From Euryarchaeota archaeon UBA463 (GTDB lineage: Archaea > Thermoplasmatota > Poseidoniia > Poseidoniales > Thalassarchaeaceae), in NCBI GenBank assembly GCA_002501805.1, contig DAOI01000003.1, positions 31,261 to 95,260 of the forward strand: a DNA stretch of 64,000 nucleotides, written 5' to 3'. The position numbers and the translations under genes are program-made. The notes beneath the pieces are model-generated. The model was not told the DNA's origin. It ran no database searches and was given only the letters and a program-made list of their open reading frames with translations. Positions 48,413 to 56,512 of this stretch are shown piece after piece. The first letter of the stretch is position 1. Every line of letters begins with the position of its first letter.

Positions 48413-48988
48413 CTACCTGATATGTCGTCTATTAGCAGGAGGCAGGGAGTCTGCCTGTGCAACAATCGATCCAACACTTAGATCGATATTTGTCTGATGC
48501 GTGTGTCTTTGGAAAATCCTGGCCACCTCATATGACCCTACAATCAAATTTACAACAGGAATTAGGTATACTAACTTCCTGAAAGCCCTACGGTCCCACA
48601 TCTCACTGGTCATTTCGCTTCCATCGTCAACCAATACAGCTAGCCCCATCGATCTCTGACCAAGAGATCTAGAAAATCTGATTCCCGTTAGCCTCCAGTA
48701 AAGCCAGTGTGATGCCAGCAATATGAAAGTATACGCGAGAGAATGATGTGTGGAGTCTTCCCATGTCTTGAGATTCCACACATTCATCAGTTGGAACCTA
48801 GTGACAAGCATCAAAACAGTAGTAACAATAACGACGTCTATCGCGAAAGCAGTACCTCTTCTCGTCGCAGAAGCTAGAATCGTACCTTCAGGTATTTTCC
48901 AATGGTCAGTGTTCTGTTCTGCCACAATAACTCTAGCTAGTGAACCTCCAGAAGGTGAAAGTGAAATCGGTGAATCATGGTCGGCCAT
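48413..48988 (-). CDS. RDD-family membrane protein
   Basis: RRGTAFAIDVVIVTTVLMLV ... GQRSMGLAVLVDDG pattern of RDD proteins. Confidence 0.5.
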   Translation of the reverse strand: MADHDSPISLSPSGGSLARVIVAEQNTDHWKIPEGTILASATRRGTAFAIDVVIVTTVLMLVTRFQLMNVWNLKTWEDSTHHSLAYTFILLASHWLYWRLTGIRFSRSLGQRSMGLAVLVDDGSEMTSEMWDRRAFRKLVYLIPVVNLIVGSYEVARIFQRHTHQTNIDLSVGSIVAQADSLPPANRRHIR

Positions 48989-48997
48989 AGCACTCCC

Positions 48998-50992
48998 TCA
49001 AGCCATTCCGATGATGTGCCACGCCTCAAGGTTGTGTTTCCTAGCATGTTCAATCCATGAGGCCCAATTCTCATCATGCCTCAGAGTAGCGGGGTCCCCA
49101 ATGACCACCAAACCCCTCTTGGCCCTAGTTAGGGCCACATTCAATCTCCTTGGATCGGACAGGAACCCAACATTTCCCTCAGAGTTAGATCTCACACACG
49201 AGAAAATTATGATTTCCTTCTCCCTACCTTGATAACCATCCACAGTCTTCACTTCCAAATCAGTTAGGGCCTCTGGAAGTATATCTCGAATAGCCCTAAC
49301 TTGAGCCGCATAAGGAGTTATGACTCCAATTTGGTCTTGCCCTATCTCTCCAGCATTTACTAGGTCCTCCACGAGTTTTGCCACCCAAGAAGCTTCAGCC
49401 CTATTCTCCTTTGACGCCCCATCAGGTCCAGCTACTTCTCCTCCTTCAATCGGCAAGAAGGCAATCGGTCTTTCCCAATCAGGCCACAGAATCCCAGCAG
49501 GGGCTTTCCTATCGGACTCTGTCACCCCATCTTCCAATTTCCCCTCATAAAACATCTCGTTAGGGAATTCCGATATCCCCGGGTGCATCCTGTATTGTTT
49601 TGTCAACAAGAAGGGGGTAATGCCCATATCCATGATTCTCTCGAACAGTGACTTATTCAATCCCCCATCTTCAGCTCTTCTGGATATAACTGTGGGAGAT
49701 AATTGCTTGTGATCCCCGACGAGAACAATCTGTCTGGCGCCTCTGACAATTGGTACCAAAGTGGACGGCTCTGTAGCTTGAGTAGCTTCATCAATCAAAA
49801 CCTGACTAAACCTCCTCCCATCCAAAAGCTCGTGGCCGGAACCTATGCAAGTACAGCAGAGGACTTGTGCCCTATCCAAGATATCGTCTCTCATCTGGCT
49901 CTCTATCCTCCTCACTTCCTTCCATCCCCTGCCTAAATCTCTGTGAGCAAGCCCTTTCTCCTTCCCTCCTCTCATTCCCTTGATTTTACGACCCAGCTTC
50001 TCATTGAGCTCTAGATGATCTATGAGATCCTTCCTAAGTGGATGCTTTTCCATCAGAGCATCCATAGTAGCCTCCCTCAAGCCCTCTCTTACTTTCACTG
50101 GCTGTCCGAGCCTCACGGCTCTCACTCCTAGCTGGAGCAACCCTTCCAACAAATTGTCTACAGCGACATTTGAATCTGCCACCGCTAGGATAGTACCCAA
50201 ATCTTGCTGTGACCACGCCTCAATAATTCGTACTGCAGTGTGTGTTTTCCCCGTTCCAGGAGGGCCCTGTATCAGAGTCAGCCTCTGTTGTATCGCCGCG
50301 AGGGCGGCTTCCCGTTGTGGCTTATTCAACGAGCTATCCAATACAAAGCTCCTTCCTCTTGCCCCCCCGAGTTGGGGGGGTAGCGAAGAAGTGCCAGAAG
50401 GGTCATGTACAGATCCTAGAATCAGTTCCCTAAGAGGAACTCCTCCTTCTTCTTGGAATATTGAATTCAGAGAATCTCTCATTCTGTCATAAGCTATCCT
50501 ATTGGCACCTCTGTCCATTCTCCATGTATCCTTCCTGAGATCAGAAGGAGTCTCTTTGAGTACAACTCTAATCGAGTCTCTTCGACGATCACTAACTATG
50601 GCCTCGATAGGCTTCTCTGAAAGAGGATCCCCGCGACTCAGCATGACAATATCTCCCTGTCTAAATCTATGTTGCCCAAGATCAGACCTACTCTTACGCC
50701 TTAGTTTGACAATTCGCTGATCGAAAAGCCAGCCATCGGGCTTCGCAATCAAGTCGAAAAGAGCTAACCCGTTTGAGACGAGCCTCTCCCTGGGCCAGTC
50801 ACGGAGTCTCTTTTCAGTGGCGTACAGCTCATCATCAAGCTCCCAACGTATCAATTTCTGATAGAGCTCATGATGATCCTGGCTCCTTTTGAACCGACCA
50901 CGACGATCTTCAGAATCTCCTTCCACATGCCTCCGTAGTACGGGCGCTTCATCACTATTGCCGGAGAATAATGACAAATTCCCGCCGAGCAT
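48998..50992 (-). CDS. Upf1-like superfamily-1B RNA/DNA helicase
   Basis: GPPGTGKTHTAV (motif I), LIDEATQATEPSTLVPI (II), LVGDHKQLSPTV (III), LTKQYRMHPGISEFPNEMFYEGKL (IV), VDGYQGREKEIIIFSCVRSN (V), and LNVALTRAKRGLVVIG (VI), with an N-terminal 1B-barrel-like region. Confidence 0.8.
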   Translation of the reverse strand: MLGGNLSLFSGNSDEAPVLRRHVEGDSEDRRGRFKRSQDHHELYQKLIRWELDDELYATEKRLRDWPRERLVSNGLALFDLIAKPDGWLFDQRIVKLRRKSRSDLGQHRFRQGDIVMLSRGDPLSEKPIEAIVSDRRRDSIRVVLKETPSDLRKDTWRMDRGANRIAYDRMRDSLNSIFQEEGGVPLRELILGSVHDPSGTSSLPPQLGGARGRSFVLDSSLNKPQREAALAAIQQRLTLIQGPPGTGKTHTAVRIIEAWSQQDLGTILAVADSNVAVDNLLEGLLQLGVRAVRLGQPVKVREGLREATMDALMEKHPLRKDLIDHLELNEKLGRKIKGMRGGKEKGLAHRDLGRGWKEVRRIESQMRDDILDRAQVLCCTCIGSGHELLDGRRFSQVLIDEATQATEPSTLVPIVRGARQIVLVGDHKQLSPTVISRRAEDGGLNKSLFERIMDMGITPFLLTKQYRMHPGISEFPNEMFYEGKLEDGVTESDRKAPAGILWPDWERPIAFLPIEGGEVAGPDGASKENRAEASWVAKLVEDLVNAGEIGQDQIGVITPYAAQVRAIRDILPEALTDLEVKTVDGYQGREKEIIIFSCVRSNSEGNVGFLSDPRRLNVALTRAKRGLVVIGDPATLRHDENWASWIEHARKHNLEAWHIIGMA

Positions 50993-51062
50993 TATTGCTC
51001 ATATCCCCGTGAGGATTATACGATGAGTTTCTGGGAATGTACAATAGGGGGGGGATGCGTTA

Positions 51063-52130
51063 GTGTTTGATAGATTCAAATTCAATAGAAAGTCAGTCGA
51101 CAATACCATAGAATGTCCCCTATGTCAAGAGAAGAATCCTGAGGATTCAGAGATTTGTTCCAGATGCTCTTATCAGCTGAAAATGGCATCTCATCAGCAA
51201 GCAAATAATGTCGATAAGGAAGAAGCTACAGAACTTTTTGACGAGCTACTCTCAGATTTTGAGGAGGACGAAGAAGAGGACATAGTGGACTGGTCCAGAA
51301 CCACATTCACAATGGACGACGTAACAATAGATGTCAAACAGTATGGTAGCGATGATTCAGTAGTTACCAAGCAGAAACCCAGCTTCGCGTTTACTGTTGA
51401 TACACCCGAACCAGTTGAAGAGGAGGAATACGAGGATTACGAACTAACTCCTGATGACGCTCCCGAATTTGTTACAAAGTTCGAAATGCCAGAAGCGGAA
51501 GATGAGGGACTAGAAGAGATACCCATACAACAAGTGGACTTGATCAAGCCAACTTCGGAATCTTCCGAAGATGTAGAAATAGTCTCTGCCGAAGAAATAC
51601 CGGAACCCGCAGAGGTTGAGGAAGAAGAAACTCCTCCCGAGCCCTCTCAAGACATTGTTGTCGATGAGGAGATATCTGAGAATCTGGAGGTACTTCCTAG
51701 CCCCCCGACAGATCTCCCTCCTCTCAAAGAAGTGAAGATCGATCCGCCCATAGTTGACGATGACCAAGAGCCTATGCCCATACCTCCTCCTCCCGATTTG
51801 TCAATGATTGACTCTAGGCCTGTTGCCGACTCTAAGATAGAGAATATTTGGCCATGGGCTCAACAAGAAGAGTGGTCTGGAAGGGACGTGGCCCAGAAGG
51901 TGAAGTCTGCTATGGAAGCCGCCAAATCCAAAAATATCGCCCAAGCGACAGTCATACTGGATGAGGTCGGCCCACATTTAGGCGACAGAACGAAGCTAGT
52001 CTATCCAATTGGTGCGCTATTACAGAGAATGGGCAGGGCCCAAGCAGTGGATAAATTGTTAGAAGCGGCACTCAGAGTTTACCCTGAAGACGATGCAGTT
52101 TCTAGTGCCAAAGCAAAATTGAGGCCATGA
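51063..52130 (+). CDS. Hypothetical acidic protein: N-terminal zinc ribbon, long D/E-rich low-complexity linker, C-terminal TPR-like helix pair
   Basis: CPLCQEKNPEDSEICSRCSYQL, then ~200 aa extremely rich in E/D/P, then ATVILDEVGPHLGDRTKLVYPIGALLQRMGRAQAVDKLLEAALRVYPEDDAVSSAKAKL. GTG start. Confidence 0.4.
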   Translation: MFDRFKFNRKSVDNTIECPLCQEKNPEDSEICSRCSYQLKMASHQQANNVDKEEATELFDELLSDFEEDEEEDIVDWSRTTFTMDDVTIDVKQYGSDDSVVTKQKPSFAFTVDTPEPVEEEEYEDYELTPDDAPEFVTKFEMPEAEDEGLEEIPIQQVDLIKPTSESSEDVEIVSAEEIPEPAEVEEEETPPEPSQDIVVDEEISENLEVLPSPPTDLPPLKEVKIDPPIVDDDQEPMPIPPPPDLSMIDSRPVADSKIENIWPWAQQEEWSGRDVAQKVKSAMEAAKSKNIAQATVILDEVGPHLGDRTKLVYPIGALLQRMGRAQAVDKLLEAALRVYPEDDAVSSAKAKLRP

Positions 52131-52175
52131 TTCATCTCCGCAGAGATGATGCGATAGGCCCTTTTCCGATATGTT

Positions 52176-52757
52176 ATGAGGCGCGCGACTAGCTCCATTA
52201 GAGTGGGCGAAGAACTCGTTCTCAGACCAGCGTCTAATACGAGATCTAAGGACCTTTTAGAGGCATTTGAGGAGACCTGGCCAGAAGTCAATAGAGCTAT
52301 GCCTTGGATAAATCCACACGCCGATCTGGAACAGCAAATATCTGAATTCCTATCAGAAACCGAGAGAATGGGGAGAGCAGGATTATTGCATCATTGGATA
52401 ATGGTAAGGCCATGGGACGATTCTTTACTTGGGCTGATAGGTTTTGATCGTGTTACAAGATCAGGACAAGCATCATGGAATCTGGGCTATTGGGTTAGGA
52501 GCTCCGAGCAAAATCATGGTATTGCTAGCAAATCTATTGAAGCAGTATTGAGATGGATGGGAGAAGCTGAAGAGGTCTCAATAGAGCTCAAGGTCGATCC
52601 GCTAAACAAGGCGGGTAGAAGCACAGTAGCAAAGGTAGTTAGGAACTGGGATGGTGAGAGGTGTATCGATGGGGATTCATCGATTACTGTAGCAGGAGTT
52701 CGTACTATTCATGAGTGTCATGTTGTCACCGTAGGTCCAAAAGGGCCTACCAACTGA
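52176..52757 (+). CDS. GNAT-family N-acetyltransferase (RimJ/RimL-like)
   Basis: 193 aa. Acetyl-CoA-binding motif VRSSEQNHGIASKSIEAVLRWM. Confidence 0.6.
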   Translation: MRRATSSIRVGEELVLRPASNTRSKDLLEAFEETWPEVNRAMPWINPHADLEQQISEFLSETERMGRAGLLHHWIMVRPWDDSLLGLIGFDRVTRSGQASWNLGYWVRSSEQNHGIASKSIEAVLRWMGEAEEVSIELKVDPLNKAGRSTVAKVVRNWDGERCIDGDSSITVAGVRTIHECHVVTVGPKGPTN

Positions 52758-52801
52758 ACACGTTACTGTCGAACATTGAATAAACAACCAGCAGTCGGAA
52801 G

Positions 52802-52818
52802 TCTGCCCCATAGGGGCA
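52802..52818 (+). promoter_or_regulatory. Perfect 7-bp-stem hairpin (CTGCCCC-ata-GGGGCAG) about 10 bp upstream of aceE
   Basis: A GC-rich palindrome between the GNAT stop and the aceE start. It is not followed by a T-tract, so it is more likely a regulatory/operator or 5'-UTR structure than a terminator. Coordinates are +/-1. Confidence 0.25.
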
Positions 52819-52827
52819 GGTGCTCTC

Positions 52828-55488
52828 ATGCCAGGTCCGAAACCACGTCAACGTCTTCCCGATTTCGATCCCGAGGAGACAGACGAATGGTTGGAATCAA
52901 TAAGGTCGGTTGTAGAGTCTCATGGTGTTGAAAGAGCTCGAATGCTCCTACATGAACTCATGATCGAGGCAAAGGATCTCTCGATCCCGATAGAGCCACC
53001 ATCCAGAACCCCCTATCTGAATACCATCTCCTTAGATCAACAGCCACCATATCCGGGCGACTTGGAAATAGAGAAGAAGATTCAGAATTCGATACTCTGG
53101 AACGCAGCCGTTGTCGTTTCTGATACTAATAGGAGAATAGATGGAATCGGGGGGCATATCTCTACCTATGCATCTAGCTCTACACTATATGAAGTCGGTT
53201 TTAATCATATTTTCAGAGGAAAAGACTCCAATGGGATAGGCGATGCAATCTTCATCCAAGGCCACGGAAGTCCCGGTATTTACGCTCGGGCATTCCTCGA
53301 GGGTAGGATTTCTCGCGAGCAGATGATTAATTTCAGGCAAGAGGCATTCAAAGACGGCCTTTCTTCATACCCTCACCCAAGGCTCATGCCAGAATTCTGG
53401 GAATATACAACCGTATCCATGGGACTAGGCCCACTCGCTGCTGTAATGCAAGCAAGGTTCTGGAAATATCTCCATCAGAGAGGGCTTGCGGATACATCTC
53501 AAAGCCGGGTCTTTGCCTTTCTGGGAGACGGAGAAATGGATGAGCCAGAATCTATAGCATCAATAGCGATAGCCGGGCGTGAGAATCTAGATAATCTGAT
53601 TGTAGTCGTAAATTGTAATCTCCAAAGACTGGATGGCCCAGTTAGAGGCAATGCCAAAATTATTCAGGAACTAGAGGGACTATATCGAGGAGCAGGCTGG
53701 ACTGTGATCAAGGTCCTCTGGTCATCAGGATGGGATCGGATAATGAATGAAGACTCCATGGGGGTTGTACTATCAAGGATCGAGGGAATTAACGACGGCG
53801 ATTGGCAGAGGATGAGTACTCTCCAGCCATCAGAATTCAGAAAGGAATTCTTCTCCGGCAATGACCTTCTCTCCTCCTTGGGAGAATCACTCTCTGATGC
53901 TGAGATAGAGAATATGCGTAGAGGTGGGCACGACCCAAGAAAGGTCTACGCCGCCTACAAATGTGCAGAGGCTGCTGAAGGCCCCGCAGTCATCCTTTCT
54001 CATACTGTTAAAGGATGGGGGATAGACTCTTTCGAGGGAAGAAACTCAACACATCAAAAGAAGAAGATGGCTTTACAGGACCTTATCGCATACAGGGACT
54101 CCTTGGAACTACCAATAGATGACGAGACTCTCGAGGACTCCCCTCTTTATCACCCCGGGGAAGACTCAGATGAAATCGAGTATCTTAGAAGCAGAAGGGA
54201 GGCACTAGGCGGATATCTCCCATCCAGGAGATCTCCCCAGGTTGACATCAAGGTTCCAGAGGAATCTACCTTCTCGGAATTTGATGAAGGTACTAGGGAA
54301 GGTCAGCTAGTCTCAACTACAATGGTTTTTGTCAGACTATTAAGAAAACTACTGAAATCTGAGGTGGGTCCGCGGGTCGTACCTATTATCCCAGATGAGG
54401 GTAGGACCTTTGGGATGGATCCCCTATTCAGCGAGTTTGGTATTTTCTCTCAAGTAGGTCAGAACTATACTCCAGTAGACCACAAGATGCTCATGAATTA
54501 CAAGGAATCAGAGTCAGGCCAGATAATTCAGGAGGGAATTGCAGAGGCCACTTCTATGGCCACTTGGACTGCGGCGGCAACATCCTACTCCCACTCTGAT
54601 TCACCCACTCTTCCGTTCTACACCTTCTACTCCATGTTTGGATTTCAGAGAACTGCAGATCAGGTTTGGGCCGCCGCAGACTCACGAGCTAGAGGATTTC
54701 TGATGGGTGCCACCGCTGGTAGGACCACACTGAACGGAGAGGGTCTACAGCATCAGGATGGGCACAGCCTGCTAATGGCTTCAACCGTTCCTGGATGCCG
54801 TGCATGGGATCCCGCCTATGCATACGAACTAGCCACAATTATCCGACACGGTATCAATGAGATGTGGGAAGAGAACATGGATGTAATACACTATGTCATG
54901 CTATACAATGAGAATCAGCAACAACTACCAAAGCCCGAGGGGGCAGATTATGGAATTATCAAGGGAGCTTACAGGGTTCAGGAATCAGATAGTAACGACT
55001 CTCCCCATGTTAGGATACTAGGATCTGGACCAATCCTGCAGTATGCCCTGGAGGCTGCATCATTACTGAAATCCGAGCATGGAGTCTCATCCGAGGTCTG
55101 GTCCGTGACTTCATATGGGGAACTGCGCAGAGAAGGATTAGATTCTGAGAGGCACAATAGACTTAATCCGCAGGAAAAAATTTCATCATACGTTGCTGAT
55201 TGCTTTGGGAATAATACTCCAACTATTGCGGTCTCTGACTACATAGCGGCTATTCCTGAGATGATACAAAGATGGGTTGGAGGAACATTTACTGTTCTAG
55301 GAACTGACGGATTCGGACGTTCCGATACGAGAGAAAACCTGAGGAGATTCTTCGAGATAGACACCGAGAGCATCATCATCGCTTCTCTCTCTGCACTTGA
55401 GAGGGCTGGAGAGATGCCGATTGGCACAGTCAAAGAGACGTCAAAAAGAATGGGTATCAGTCTCAAAAGGGAAGACAAGGCGGAGTGA
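52828..55488 (+). CDS. aceE: Pyruvate dehydrogenase E1 component, homodimeric type
   Basis: 886 aa. N-terminus DPEETDEWLESIRSVVESHGVERARMLLHELM is collinear with E. coli AceE (DPIETRDWLQAIESVIREEGVERAQYLI). ThDP motif region GDGEMDEPES. Confidence 0.85.
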   Translation: MPGPKPRQRLPDFDPEETDEWLESIRSVVESHGVERARMLLHELMIEAKDLSIPIEPPSRTPYLNTISLDQQPPYPGDLEIEKKIQNSILWNAAVVVSDTNRRIDGIGGHISTYASSSTLYEVGFNHIFRGKDSNGIGDAIFIQGHGSPGIYARAFLEGRISREQMINFRQEAFKDGLSSYPHPRLMPEFWEYTTVSMGLGPLAAVMQARFWKYLHQRGLADTSQSRVFAFLGDGEMDEPESIASIAIAGRENLDNLIVVVNCNLQRLDGPVRGNAKIIQELEGLYRGAGWTVIKVLWSSGWDRIMNEDSMGVVLSRIEGINDGDWQRMSTLQPSEFRKEFFSGNDLLSSLGESLSDAEIENMRRGGHDPRKVYAAYKCAEAAEGPAVILSHTVKGWGIDSFEGRNSTHQKKKMALQDLIAYRDSLELPIDDETLEDSPLYHPGEDSDEIEYLRSRREALGGYLPSRRSPQVDIKVPEESTFSEFDEGTREGQLVSTTMVFVRLLRKLLKSEVGPRVVPIIPDEGRTFGMDPLFSEFGIFSQVGQNYTPVDHKMLMNYKESESGQIIQEGIAEATSMATWTAAATSYSHSDSPTLPFYTFYSMFGFQRTADQVWAAADSRARGFLMGATAGRTTLNGEGLQHQDGHSLLMASTVPGCRAWDPAYAYELATIIRHGINEMWEENMDVIHYVMLYNENQQQLPKPEGADYGIIKGAYRVQESDSNDSPHVRILGSGPILQYALEAASLLKSEHGVSSEVWSVTSYGELRREGLDSERHNRLNPQEKISSYVADCFGNNTPTIAVSDYIAAIPEMIQRWVGGTFTVLGTDGFGRSDTRENLRRFFEIDTESIIIASLSALERAGEMPIGTVKETSKRMGISLKREDKAE

Positions 55489-55606
55489 GTTTGGCGAGGG
55501 TTAGAAGTATTTTCAAAATCCTATCTTGGATATGGAGAAATAAAATCATTGTCGCCACAATTGGGTCATTAATTTCTAAGATAAGAAGAAAGAAGTAGAA
55601 CTGTGC

Positions 55607-56344
55607 TCATAAATTCCGGTTGTTCAGCGCGTAATTATGCTCTAAAGCCTCTCCGATTGTAACCCAATCAGGCGTCGTCCCATCGATCCAATCGTATCTA
55701 TGTCCAGGAATTAATCGCCAATCTTTTGGCAAATCCTCTAGAATTGATTTTGCCTTTCTGATACTCCTCCATTGCGCCTCTGGGTCACTCCCTGGCAAAT
55801 CCACCCTTCCCATTCCATTGGTGAACAGTAAATCTCCAGCATGATATACACCGTGTCCATGTAATGTAACGTGTCCCGGGGCATGACCCGGCGAGTGAGT
55901 GACTACGAGTGAGATAGAGCCCAGTCTGAACTCAACTGAAGAATCAGGATTATTCTTCCAAGTATGAGTGAAGTCAACATTTTTGAATACGGCGTGACCT
56001 AGTAGACTGAATACTTCCTTTGATGCCTTCCTACTAACTCTGGCATCCTCGTGGCCCCAAACCTCCACATTTGGTGCGAGTGAAATCATTGATGAATATC
56101 CTTCAACATGATCCCTGTGTGTATGAGTGTACAAAATATGGGTCGGATGGAGACCCTCCTCCGCTAGCCCCTCCACCCATCTTTCAGAGTCAAAAGGATC
56201 AACAATAGCGACTATTCCATTTTTCTTATCTATAAACGCCGTATTCATGTTCATGTAGCCACCCATCTGAGTTACCCACACATCCACACCGTCATTTCCT
56301 ACTTGCTTATCGAACTCACCATCTGCCAGCATGCTTGGTCGCAA
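55607..56344 (-). CDS. Metallo-beta-lactamase-fold hydrolase (glyoxalase II-like)
   Basis: THTHRDHVEG (HxHxDH), GHAPGHV, and a distal His/Asp. Confidence 0.7.
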   Translation of the reverse strand: MRPSMLADGEFDKQVGNDGVDVWVTQMGGYMNMNTAFIDKKNGIVAIVDPFDSERWVEGLAEEGLHPTHILYTHTHRDHVEGYSSMISLAPNVEVWGHEDARVSRKASKEVFSLLGHAVFKNVDFTHTWKNNPDSSVEFRLGSISLVVTHSPGHAPGHVTLHGHGVYHAGDLLFTNGMGRVDLPGSDPEAQWRSIRKAKSILEDLPKDWRLIPGHRYDWIDGTTPDWVTIGEALEHNYALNNRNL

Positions 56345-56512
56345 TCGGTCTTATCCAATAGGTATGGTGGAAGCATATTGGGGGGCAGGGTTCAAAATCG
56401 CCCCTGCTTTACGAGGTACATGGCTAGAATGTCCTGTACGGGGACTCCACCAGTGAGGAGGCTAACAGTAAACCCTCTTCAGAAAGGAGACTGATTCTCC
56501 AGGGCTACTGAG

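Noticed and set aside
56345-56512. Possible T-box or other leader RNA upstream of leuS (hairpin GCAGGG-ttcaaaatcgc-CCCTGC)
   Set aside because: T-box leaders are bacterial (mainly Firmicutes). No specifier loop or T-box consensus (AATTAGGGTGGTACCGCG-like) is present. It may simply be a divergent promoter region with one small hairpin.
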